A DNA stretch of 64,000 bases from Felis catus (lineage: Eukaryota): assembly GCF_018350175.1 (NCBI RefSeq), contig NC_058383.1, positions 6,760,001 to 6,824,000 on the forward strand, in the 5' to 3' direction. The position numbers were made by a program, and so were the translations under genes. Each line of letters begins with the position of its first letter. Within the stretch, counting starts at the first letter, position 1. A model generated the notes under the pieces. That model was not told the origin of the DNA. It saw only the letters and a list, made by a program, of their open reading frames with translations, and did no database searches. Of this stretch, positions 53,658 through 64,000 are shown piece after piece.

Positions 53658-56035
53658 ACGTTTATTTATTATTGAGAGACTGCGAGACACAGAGAGTGAG
53701 CAGGGGAGGGGCAGAGACAGGGGTAGACACAGAATCTGAAGCAGTCTCCAGGCTCTGAGCTGTCAGCACAGAGCCTGACGCGTGGCTCAAACTCACAAAC
53801 CGTGAGATCATGATCCAAGCTGAAGTCAGAGGCTTAACTAACTGAGCCACCCAGGCACCCCAGGAAGCACCGCTTTTTAAAAAGAGAGACCACCTGGGAA
53901 GGTGGATGACAGTGTCTCTTGGTAGTGTTGGAGAATGGAAGGAAGGAAAGAGAGTGTAGTATGATCCCTCTGAACCAAGTTAGGATGTAAGAATCCGAGA
54001 AATCTTGGCTACATAGGGAACTGTATATTAAAGAAAGCATCCTTCCATGTAGCAGTGGAAGAGTGCTCACACTGAGACGTGGGGAACACTCTGCTTCTCT
54101 GACTCCCCTTCCACAGGATACTCCTGCAAATAGCTGGCCCAGGAAAATCAAACTCATTCAAATAAAAGAGTGAAACAGCAACATCAATACAAAGGTATTA
54201 TTATTTAAAAAAAAAAAAAGCACAAAGAAGGGGCACCTGGGTGGCTCAGTTGGGTAAGCATCCGACTTCAACTGTCATCTCACAGTTCGTGGGTTTGAGC
54301 CCTGTGCTGGGCTCTGTGCTGACAGCTCAGAGCCTGGAGCCTGCTTTGGATTCTGTGTCTCCCTTTCTCTCTGCCCCTCTCCTCCCCTCTCGCTCTCAAA
54401 AATAAATAAACATTAAAAAAATTTTTTTAAAGCAGAGAAGTAAAAGTCTGGATATGAAGAAAACTCACCAGAAGTGTTGCCACAAAGTAGAGGAAAATTA
54501 TATCACAATATTCCAAGATAAATTTAAACATTTAATGAAACAATTGCAGCTAGGGGGAATCAGAATTATAGGAACTCAGAGAAGAACATTCTGAGAACAG
54601 AAGATGAGAGACAGATAACAAGGGAATATTAGAGGAGAATGGAGAGAATTCAAGAAAGAACTGGAAAAGGGAAGGAAGACTAACTTAGAAGAAGCACCAG
54701 AAAGAGGAGATACTAGAACAGTAAGAGGCGTAAAGCATAAGGGTAGTAACTGAAGAAAATGAAGTAAAGAAATGAAAAGGTTTAGCGAGAATGTGGAAGC
54801 AATGAAAGACAGATAAAGGAGATCCAAGATATGTAAAATTGGAGTCCCTGAGGAAAAACTGAAATAAAGGGACAAAACAAATATTTAAAATGAAAATTCA
54901 AGAAAATGTTTCTGAAGTAGATTTCCTTTCTATTGAAAAGTAGTAACAGTTACCTGGGACAACTGATACAAAATGATCAATTCCTTCCATGATGGGGCTG
55001 TGCTTTGTTGTTGTGGTTTTTTTTTTTTTTTTTTTAAGTTTATTTATTTTTGAGACAGAGGGAGACAGAGCATGAACGGGGGAGGGTCCGAGAGAGAGGG
55101 AGACACAGAATCGGAATCAGGCTCCAGGCTCTGAGCCATCAGCCCAGAGCCCGAGGCGTGGCTCGAACTCACGGACCGGACTGCGAGATCGTGACCTGAG
55201 CTGAAGTCGGACGCTTAACCGACTGAGCCACCCAGGCGCCCCTGTTGTTTTGTTTTTTATTGAAATACACAGTTTTTCTGGAACAAAGTGCGGCCCCATC
55301 ACGGAAAACCTGGAGAGTTTTTACTTCCTTTATCCACAAACACTGGCATACGACACAAGATGTGTAAAAATGTGAATCAGAGAAAAAAATAACCAATAAC
55401 CAATAGAAGCAGATGCCATGATTATCCAAACATTGGGGTTAGTGGACACAAACTTTAAAATAGCTATTATTAATCTCCCTCTCTCTCTGCCCCTCCCCTG
55501 TTCATGCTGTGTCTCTCTCTGTCCCAAAAATAAACGTTGAAAAAAAAAATTAAAAAAAAAGAAAAGGGGGCGCCTGGGTGGCGCAGTCGGTTAAGCGTCC
55601 GACTTCAGCCAGGTCACGATCTCGCGGTCCGTGAGTTCGAGCCCCGCGTCAGGCTCTGGGCTGATGGCTCAGAGCCTGGAGACTGTTTCAGATTCTGTGT
55701 CTCCTTCTCTCTCTGACCCTCCCTCGTTCATGCTCTGTCTCTCTCTGTCCCAAAAATAAATAAACGTTGAAAAAAAAATTTTTTTAAATAGCTATTATTA
55801 ATAAGTTAAAGAAATTAGAAGGAGAAAAAGCACAGAATTTTAAAAAAACACAGAAAACTCTACCGAGATGCCATTTCTCCCTATGAGATTTGCAAAAGTC
55901 AAAATTTTGAGACAACACATTGTTTTGGCTATGCTGTGGGGATAGTGGGCACTGTCACATGATGTGGGTGGAATGACAAAAATGGCATGATCCCTGCTGA
56001 GGGGAATCTTGCAATGTCTGCAAAGCTATGGAAGC
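53130..56035 (+). mobile_element. Degenerate L1 remnants with inserted Can-SINEs (53600-53861 -, 54230-54430 +, 55017-55242 -, 55475-55785 + composite)
   Basis: A-rich purine-biased L1-like sequence; SINE motifs; (TTTA)n at about 53604-53655. Confidence 0.6.
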
Positions 56036-56041
56036 ATTACT

Positions 56042-56916
56042 TGATGTGATTTGAAGTTTGGGTTTGAGAGTGAACGGCCAGGAAAGAATTCTTGAAACTT
56101 TTTGGTGCAAATTATTTTATTATAGCACAGAGACAGGACCCAGGGGCAGAAAGAGCTGCACTGAGATTGTGAGGAGTGGCTGATTACATACTTTTTAATT
56201 AGTGGGGGTTAGGGATAGTTTAACTCTCTAAGGAATTTAGAAGCAAGGCTTTTGGGACCTTGAGGGGCTAGCTGCTATTAAGATAAGGTTATTCTTGGGG
56301 CAGTTGGATGGCTCAGTTGGTTGAACATCTGTCTCTTGATAGGGGTTCAGGTTGTGATCTCAAGGTTGTGGGACTGAGCCCTGCAACACTCAGCGTGGAG
56401 CCTGTTTGGGATTCTCTCTCTGCCCCTCCTCACCCTGACCCCCACCTGCTCTCATGCACAAGTGCTCTCTCTCTCTCTCTCTAAGTAAATAAATAAATAA
56501 ACATGAAAGAAAGATATGGGTACTCTTAGTCTTAAAAAATTTTTTTTTAACGTTTATTTATTTTTGAGACAATGTGAGAGAGTGCAAGCAGGGGAGGGGC
56601 AGACAGAGGGAGACACAGAATCTGAGGCAGGCTCCAGGCTGTGAGCTGTCATCCCAGAACCCAACAGCGGGGCTGGAATTCACAAACCATGAGATCATGA
56701 CCTGAGCGGAAGTCAGACGCTTAACCGACTGAGCCACTCAGGCACCCCGGTTGCTTACTCTTAGTCTTTAATAAGACATAAACATTAAGGCATTAAGGCA
56801 GCCATGAATTCCTTGAGGAAGGTCACGTTCTGCGTGTCTCTGGTATCTTATCTGAGCTTCAAGCTGTAAGGAAATTTAATTTTGGCTACTTTCTCTTGCC
56901 TTTGTTCTCCTCATCA
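56042..56916 (-). mobile_element. Carnivore ERV1-type solo LTR carrying two inserted Can-SINEs (about 56297-56511 +, 56535-56748 -)
   Basis: TG...CA termini; imperfect flanking repeat ATTACT/ATTAGT; similar to 58192-58621. Confidence 0.75.
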
Positions 56917-56977
56917 ATTAGTGCTTTAACAATCTCAATTTCATGATTTATTTAACAGATAATACCTGTACACACAC

Positions 56978-57331
56978 TGTTATGCCCAGAATTCGTGATC
57001 CCCAAAGACCACTAGGGAGCCAAGTCCGATGCAAAAGCAAAAGAGCCTTTATTCGAGCTAGCTCGAGCTCAATCCCCTACCTGCACCGACTCAGCGGTGA
57101 GATACCAGGGAGAGAGAGCGAGTTTCAAAAGGACAAAGGTTTTATTGGGGCCTAGGGGCAGTTGGTGAGGTAATGGCTATGGCCTCAGCCGATTGGCTGG
57201 GGAAGGGTCCTGGGGAAGGGTCTGAGTCCTGTTAGGCAGGTGGGGGGGGGGGTTACTCAAGGGGAGGAAGTGTGGTCAAGGTGAAGGACACAGAACAAGA
57301 TGGAGTCGGCTGGCGTAGGCCCGCCCTTTCA
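56978..57331 (-). mobile_element. Young gammaretrovirus-like solo LTR (354 bp)
   Basis: TG...CA termini, minus strand begins TGAAAG; perfect 4-bp TSD ACAC; CCAAT, TATA-like AATAAAA and polyA AATAAA in the expected order on the minus strand; CpGs retained. Confidence 0.88.
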
Positions 57332-58001
57332 ACACTTAAAACTGACATTGGTCCAGGGTTATTAATTGCTGCATTTGTCACATCGAATGAGCAACTCAAA
57401 TGTCCATTAGTAGGGGACATGTTAAATTCTGTTATATCCACACTAGCTTTAAAAAAATGAGGATGTCTATGTATAGACATGGAACATTTTCTAGGACATA
57501 TTACATGATAAAAAAACAAGGCATCTAATGTAGTTCCTTTTGTGTAAGAAAGGGGGAGACGATAGGGAAAAATATACCAATATTAGTATTTGCAAACAAA
57601 CTAATAAATCTTTAGAGATGGGGGTAGATTAGCAAATGGTCTGGGAGGAGTGGGCAGAGGTAGGAGCAATAATTCTGTGTAACTTATATGATTTTGACTC
57701 TCAAATCATGTAAACGTTTTACCTATTCAAAAATTCATATTAAGTCTTAAAGGATAAGTGGGGTAATATAAGTAAAATATCCCAAACTGTCCATACCAGC
57801 ACTTTGAACCCCTTAACCTTCATTTTTATAGTTAATGCAAAACATCTCTCACATCGGCCATTTTGTCTTGCTAAAGATAGGCCAGATTTAATTCTACCCA
57901 TTTTTTTTTTTTTTTTTTTAATTAAAGAACTGGAGAGATGAAGTATTTACTCCAATGCCAGGCCTGACACCCCAGGTCCTCTGATGTTCATTCGGTACAG
58001 G

Positions 58002-58035
58002 TTTTAATTTTTTTATTTTTTAAATGTTCATTTCT

Positions 58036-58085
<50 letters not shown>

Positions 58086-58675
58086 ATGAGAGGGGGAGGG
58101 GCAGCGAGGGGGACAGAGGATCCAAAGCAGGCTCTGCGCTGACAGTGGTGAGCCCCATGTGGGGCTCCAACTGAAGGGACCCTGAGATCATTGATGAGGT
58201 TTTACGGGGTGTTGGTGGAGTTTGTGGGGTCCAGAGCCGATGGCCAAGGAAGAATTCTTGAGACATCTTTAGTGCAAAAAAGGTGATTTTATTAAAGCAC
58301 ACGACAGGACCGGTGGGTAGAAGAGCTGCCCTGGGACCATGAGGAGAGACTAGTTATATATTATGGTGTTGGGGGAGGTAAAGTCCAGCGGGAGTTTCCA
58401 ATGAGATTTTCATATGCTAAAGAGGACTCCCAGGACACTGTGGCCCAGGTATTGTCAAGCTAAGGTTGTTTTTCCCTCTAGCAAAGCATTAGCATTAAGA
58501 TAGTAGGGAGTTCCTGGAGAAACATTTTACTCTGCCAGCCTCAAGTATTTGTAATGGGCTGCAGGTTATAAGGAAATTTAATTTTATCTGCCATTTCCTT
58601 TTGCCTTTGTTTCCCACGTCAATCATGACCTGAGCTGAAGTCAGAGCCTTGACTGACTGAACCACCCAGGCATCC
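58002..58675 (-). mobile_element. Can-SINE split by an LTR insertion
   Basis: SINE sequence GAGATCAT resumes as ATCATGACCTGAGCTGAAG after the LTR. Confidence 0.85.
58192..58621 (-). mobile_element. Carnivore ERV1-type solo LTR (430 bp) inside the SINE
   Basis: TG...CA termini; perfect 5-bp TSD ATCAT at 58187-58191 and 58622-58626; minus-strand TATATAA and AATAAA. Confidence 0.85.
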
Positions 58676-58689
58676 AGTACAGGTTTTTA

Positions 58690-58911
58690 AATGTTTTATT
58701 TATTTATTTATTTTTATTAAAAAAATTTTTTTCAAGTTTATCTTAAAGTTTTTTATTTAGAGCGCTCTCAGAACAGGGGCAGAGAGAGAATCCCAAGGAA
58801 GCTCAGCACTGTCAGTGCAGAGCCCAATATGGGGTTCAAACTTATGAACCATGAAATCATGACCTGAGCGGAAGCTGGACACTTAACTGATTGAGCCACG
58901 CAGGTACCCCT
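58690..58911 (-). mobile_element. Can-SINE
   Basis: SINE motifs. Confidence 0.8.
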
Positions 58912-59189
58912 AAATGTTTGATTTTTAAGTAAATTCCACTGCCTCTTCTGTTTCCTTTCTGTGGTAATGACCTCCCCCCCCCCCCCCACACACACACCCT
59001 GCCCCACCATTTCTGTAGTTCACTTCACACCCTCATTTCTTTGGTCTTTTGTCAGATAATTTCCTTCTTCTCTGCCTATGCCCCTCTCTCTTTCTCCCTT
59101 CCTTCTTCTCTTTCTCCTTCTTTTCTCTCAGGCCCTCACAATGCTCTCAATTCATTCAGTACCATGTTCATTGCTGGGAAAAAATGCCT

Positions 59190-59320
59190 TCACTTGTTAT
59201 GATGAGCATTGGTTATCGTATGTAAGTGATGAATCACTACATTCGATGCCTGAAACCAATATTACACTACGCATTAGCTCACTAGAATTTAAATAAAAAT
59301 TTGAAAAAAAGAAAGAAAGA
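59190..59320 (+). mobile_element. Short 5'-truncated carnivore L1 3' end
   Basis: GATGAGCA..GG...TATGTAAGTGATGAATCACTA...GAATTTAAATAAAAA tail; GAAAAAATGCC repeated on both sides. Confidence 0.75.
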
Positions 59321-59499
59321 AAAAATGCCATCATATTTACTCACCATCCCTGAAATCGGTCTTCTGTTTGACAATGCCATTTCCCTAGCAATCCCTTGGT
59401 TATATTCTGATCTCTCGGCCAGGAACATGAGGTTGGTTTCCTTTGTAGTTTTCAGACTAATGTTCTTAATTTTTCTTCAAAAATCTTCTGTTTAGATCA

Positions 59500-60800
59500 T
59501 GGAAAAGAAGGGCCAGTGATGTAGATAAAAGCTCTTCCAAATATAAAAGATAATTATAAAACTGCAGTTATGAAAACAATTTGGCAGGTCCTGACACAGG
59601 ATACAGATAGATTACAGAACAGGAGTGCAAACAGAGACAATTTTATATAGGAAAAGACAGATCCTTCAATAAATGGTGTTGAGGAAAACTTCCTAGCCAT
59701 TTGGAGAATGGAAGGCAAAAAGCAGAAGACTTTAAAAACAGGATGAAACAATTTGAAATATAAAACATACAATCTTTTGCAATGCATGAAGTTCATTAAG
59801 AAAGACAAATAGGAGGGGGTGCCTGGATGGCTCAGTCTATTAAGCATATGACTCTTGATCTCGGCTCAGGTCATGATCTCAAGGTTCCTGAGTTTGAGCT
59901 AAGCCTGGGGCTCTCTGCATTGTCAGTACAGAGCCTGCTTGGGATTCTCTCTCCCTGCCTCTGCTCCTCCCCTGCTCACACACACGTGCATGTGTGCTTT
60001 CTCTCAGAATACATAAATAAACTTAAAAAAAATTTTTTTTTAAATAAGAAAACTGGGAAAATATTTGCAAGACATTTGAAAAAGGGCTAGGTTTCTTAAT
60101 GTGCAAGAACCACATACATCAATAAGAAAGAGATAAATAACCTAACAAAAATAGAGGGAAGGATAAAAATAGCCAGTTCGCAGGAAAAGAAATACAAGTA
60201 ACTAATGTAGGTAGAAATAATGATTGACTTCCCTTGTAATTAAGAAGTGAAAATAAAAATTGGGGCACCATTTATTTCCCTTATCAGATTGGCAAAGATG
60301 GAAAGGTTTGATAACATCCATTGTTGATGAGATTGTGGGGAAACGAACCTTATTCCCCATCATCATTGGGAATGGAAATTGGTGCAGTCTGTAATGTAGG
60401 GTAATTCATTTGGCAACAGCCAACAAAATTCCACATGCATATAACTTTTAGACTCAGCAATTTCATGTATGGAAATTCATCCTAAGATTCATTTGCAAAA
60501 AGTGAAAGAGGAATGACATATAACAATGTTCATTCTAGATTTCTGGTCAAACCTAATGCTGGAAAAAAACCTAAATGTCCACCAAGAGTCTTCAGAAGTC
60601 ATGGCAAATCCATGCAATGAAACACTATGCAGCTGGTAAAATAGCTGAGTAGATCAATATATGTAGATAAGGAAAGATAAGTTATTTAGCGAATAAAAGC
60701 AAAGTGCAGAACAGAATATAGCATGGTTCTATTTATGGAACACAAAAAGGAAATGCATTTTATGCTTAGTTTGGCTATAACATTTCTGGAAAAGTTCCTG
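59500..60800 (+). mobile_element. Old L1M ORF2/3' remnant with an inserted Can-SINE (about 59816-60040)
   Basis: CTTCAATAAATGGTG, ATCAGATTGGCAAAGAT and CCTAAATGTCCA L1 phrases. Confidence 0.65.
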
Positions 60801-61232
60801 AAACCTGCCTCATGGCCTCATCCTTGCCTCTGAGTCTTCAGTTTCTCCTTGTTGTTCTTGTTGGTTTCCATCCCTCCTTTCTGCTCAGCTTGTACTCATG
60901 GTCACTCAACGCAAACATCTCCCATCAGAACCCCCATCCTCTCATATGACAAATCCCAACATTACATTAATCCACCTGTTTGTTTTAAGCAAATTTGCCC
61001 CAGATGGCGCAAACAATTGTGTGGATTGATTCTGTCACTTGTTTTGTTTTTACTTTCACTTGGGTGTGCAGTGTTACTTGACAATCTTTCCATTCACCTT
61101 ACAATTTTTTCTTACATCATTCCTCACAATAGATCATTGTCCCTTGCATTCTAGCAGGTAATATCACTAAGGAAAGAGGCCAAGAATGAACTCCTTAGAC
61201 ACCTCTCTAGAGTAATTTTAAAACCATCTACT

Positions 61233-61405
61233 TCAGGGGTCAGCAAACTACAGGCTTTGTGTCAAATCTAGCACTGGCTGTCAGCTAAACATAGTTTTGA
61301 CATTTTTACAGGATTGTAAAGATGAAGAATATGTGAAAATGTGTCCAGTAAAGCCTAGGGTAGTCACTTTCTGGTCTTTCATAGAAAAAGTTTGCTAAGC
61401 CCCAA
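61233..61405. mobile_element. MER58-like DNA transposon fossil
   Basis: CAGGGGTCAGCAAACTA...AAGTTTGCTAAGCCC terminal inverted repeats. Confidence 0.65.
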
Positions 61406-61859
61406 CCTAGACCATCACCCATGTTTCTTTTCTTCCCAATTAGCAGGAGCCCCTTTCTCCTCTCCACAGTTGCCCTGGAAACCTGTGATCTTATCCAATC
61501 TCCTCCTGCCCCTACCAGAATGCTCTCTTCCCTGTATCTTCTCCATGGCAAGCTGAAGAAATGTTTTTGATATCACTAGGAATAACTCAATTTTCCCAGA
61601 CATATTGAGCCAGTCAGGCAGTTTCATTTGGCCCTGAGTGACGAGGTTGTCTCCTATCTCTCAGAAGTGAGTGCATGTTAGTGGATGGAGGCTATCTGAA
61701 ACTATTTCCAAGGTGGACTGAAAATGTAATTTGTAGTATAAAAGAATCTGAGATCCTGTGAGCTCAGTTGGACTTGGCCCTGGATGTGGTATAAGGTGTG
61801 GACCCAATATTATCTCTTTCCAGATGACCAGCCTGTTGTCTGCTTTTTAAATGTCCATT

Positions 61860-61880
61860 CTTTTTTTTTTTTAAGTTTGT

Positions 61881-61927
<47 letters not shown>

Positions 61928-62068
61928 GAGAGAACCCCAAGCAGGCTCCATACTGTCAGTGCAGAGCCCCATGTGGGACTGGGGCTTGATCTCACAAACC
62001 GTGAGATCATGACCTGAGTCAAAATCAAGAGCTGGCGATCAAACAACTGAGCCACCCAGGTGTCCCTA
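61860..62068 (-). mobile_element. Can-SINE with (TTTA)n tail
   Basis: TAAATGTCCATTCTT repeated on both sides. Confidence 0.85.
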
Positions 62069-62449
62069 AATGTCCATTCTTATCCATATATATGACCTTT
62101 ATAATTTACTAAATTATTCCATCTTCTCTCTCGTCCTCCATATCCAATCAATCCTCAAACCTTGGCAACTTTACTTCCCCAATAAGTTTCCTATCTAATC
62201 ACTCCTTGCAAGCTCTAGTCACCAACTGCCCCAGGTCTGCATCATCCTCTTTTTCCTGGACTGCCTTACTCAGCCTCGTTTTACCCAACAGTCAGTCCTC
62301 TCATTTTCCACTTCCCTCCTTTCTTGCTCAGTCTTTCTCCAAGGGTTCTCAGCAGCATCTTTCTAAAATCTGTCCCTTCCCGCCTTTAAACCTTTACACG
62401 GCTTCCGTTCCCTTTAAATTGTTCTCCGAAACACCTGGTTTAACCACCT

Positions 62450-63400
62450 GCACTAGTGGCTAAGATGGTGGGGGAATGCCGGCAATCCCTCCACACTCGC
62501 TGGGCTCGTCGTGCTCCCTCTGCTGGGGACACTCACCTCACTTTTTGGTCCACCCTTCAAAACTGAGCTGAGGTGCCGGCTCCTCTGGCCAACTCCCTCC
62601 TCCCAACTACTCGGGTCGAGGCCCCTCTTCTGCGAACCTATAATATTCACTGCTTCCCTCCGTCTCCCTCTGCCCCTGCGACAAAGTACGCGAAGCGCGG
62701 AATATGCACGTGGTGACCGAGAGGACTACAAAGCCCCTTGAGGGAGGCTTCGTGTCCGGTAGTATGTCTGGAGGGTCCTCCTCACCGAGAAAAAGCAGGT
62801 GCAATGGCACGGAGGCGCCTAAAAGCCTGACGGCTCCGAGCCTCTTGGGGACGAGTCAGTCCCGGCGCGCGTTCAGGCACAGCCCCAGTGGACCAGCAAC
62901 CATCGAGACGCACGGACCTCCGAGAGCCCTAGAGAGGAAGCGGAAGGGGCTCTTTCCTCACGCACCTGTCTGACAGCGTCCGCGGCCCACATCCGGTCTC
63001 TGAGGGCTCGGGTCGGGTCGTCGTGGCTGAGGGGCTGAGGGTGAGAGCCGTTCTGGGGCGTCGCAGGGCTTCGCGGGGCGGCGGGCCGGCGGGCCGGCGG
63101 CGGATGCGGCGGGTGTGGGGGCCGGCTTTCGGTGCGGCTGCGGGTCGCGGAGGCGTTGGCGGAGGCGGCGGGGCTGACACAGCGGGCGGCGCGTTTCCCC
63201 GGAGCTGCCTCCCGCGGCACCGGGGCCCGGCGGGCGCGACCCGGGGGTTCAGGTGGGAGCGACGTTGGTCCCGCCGGGCCTAGGTTACCTCAGCGCGGGG
63301 GCGTCCACGAACTCGAGACCTTGAACCGACGCGGATCTCTCTGAAAATCGAAAGTAGTCATTTTAGAGCGAGACGTGGGAGACGCACTTAAAGAATGACT
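62450..63400 (+). promoter_or_regulatory. ZSCAN25: CpG-island promoter and non-coding exon 1 (donor after 63040), probably ZSCAN25
   Basis: Very high CpG density; tandem ETS sites GGAAGCGGAAG at 62936-62946; E-box CACGTG; donor AGG|GTGAGA. Gene name inferred from synteny only; no SCAN coding sequence in the window. Confidence 0.6.
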
Positions 63401-63861
63401 TCTTTTCAAGCCTTCTTTCTCTTCGTGAAGTACCAGGGATGAAAGATGAATGAAGACCTTTCTTGCCTTTAGAGAATCTGGGCGTCGGGGACACGTCGGT
63501 TAACATTTGCGCTGTAGTATGGTAATGCGATAGGGGTGTGAAGAAATGCAGTAGCTAGAAAGTCGTGAAAGAGAAATCTCAATAGATGTAGCAAAATGAA
63601 AAATGAATCGACTGAAAACGTAAAGTAGGTTTAGGAAGGATGTAGAAGTACACAAACACACAATAGAATATTAAGTAGAAGCTTCGGACGAACCTCCTGC
63701 CAGTTGCTTATTCTCTGTTGCATTAAGAGTGGTCCTTCCCTCTAAAAATGGAGCCCCTTCCCCACTTTGGACTCCCAGCCTACATACCCCTCACCCCCAA
63801 CCCAAGCCCATCATGAAATTAAATAGTACTCATTCTCTAGTCTGGTATAAGCCTCTTCTTC

Positions 63862-64000
63862 TTTTTTTAAATTTTTATTCATTTTTGAGAGAGAGCTTAA
63901 GTGGGGGAGGGGCAGAGAGAGAAAGGGACAGAGGATCCCAAGCAGGCTCTGTGCTGACAGCAGCGCCGGAAAAGGGGCTCCAGTTCATGAACCATGGGAT
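63862..64000 (-). mobile_element. Can-SINE cut by the window end
   Basis: T-rich tail, GGGGAGGGGCAGAGAGA, CCCAAGCAGGCTCTGTGCTGACAG. Confidence 0.85.

Overview
Mammalian DNA from a felid, judged by its dense Felidae-type Can-SINEs. It is syntenic with the human 7q22.1 zinc-finger cluster (FAM200A - ZNF655 - TMEM225B - ZSCAN25); gene names come from my recognition of the translated proteins and gene order, not from a database search. In order, the window holds: (1) a minus-strand CpG-island promoter at about 1.2-1.65 kb, probably FAM200A, whose CDS is outside the window; (2) the complete ZNF655 gene (+), with exons for a 509-aa zinc-finger isoform, a 181-aa KRAB-only isoform and a possible 615-aa KRAB-A+B+ZF form; (3) a disabled ZNF655-like C2H2 paralogue (about 23.5-34.4 kb) that keeps its CpG island, splice sites and polyA signal; (4) the complete four-exon TMEM225B CDS (221 aa); (5) a repeat-rich spacer with three solo LTRs; (6) a CpG island at about 62.5-63.4 kb, probably the ZSCAN25 promoter. 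The most unexpected signal is a fixed-spacing element, GNCCTCC-N6-YCTAGA, followed in three cases by N7-CGGAA. It occurs in four CpG-island promoters, always in the transcribed orientation and upstream of the first splice donor. I found no prokaryotic-type system, CRISPR array or genuine RNA gene. Most ORFs in the supplied track are artefacts of repeats or GC-rich sequence.
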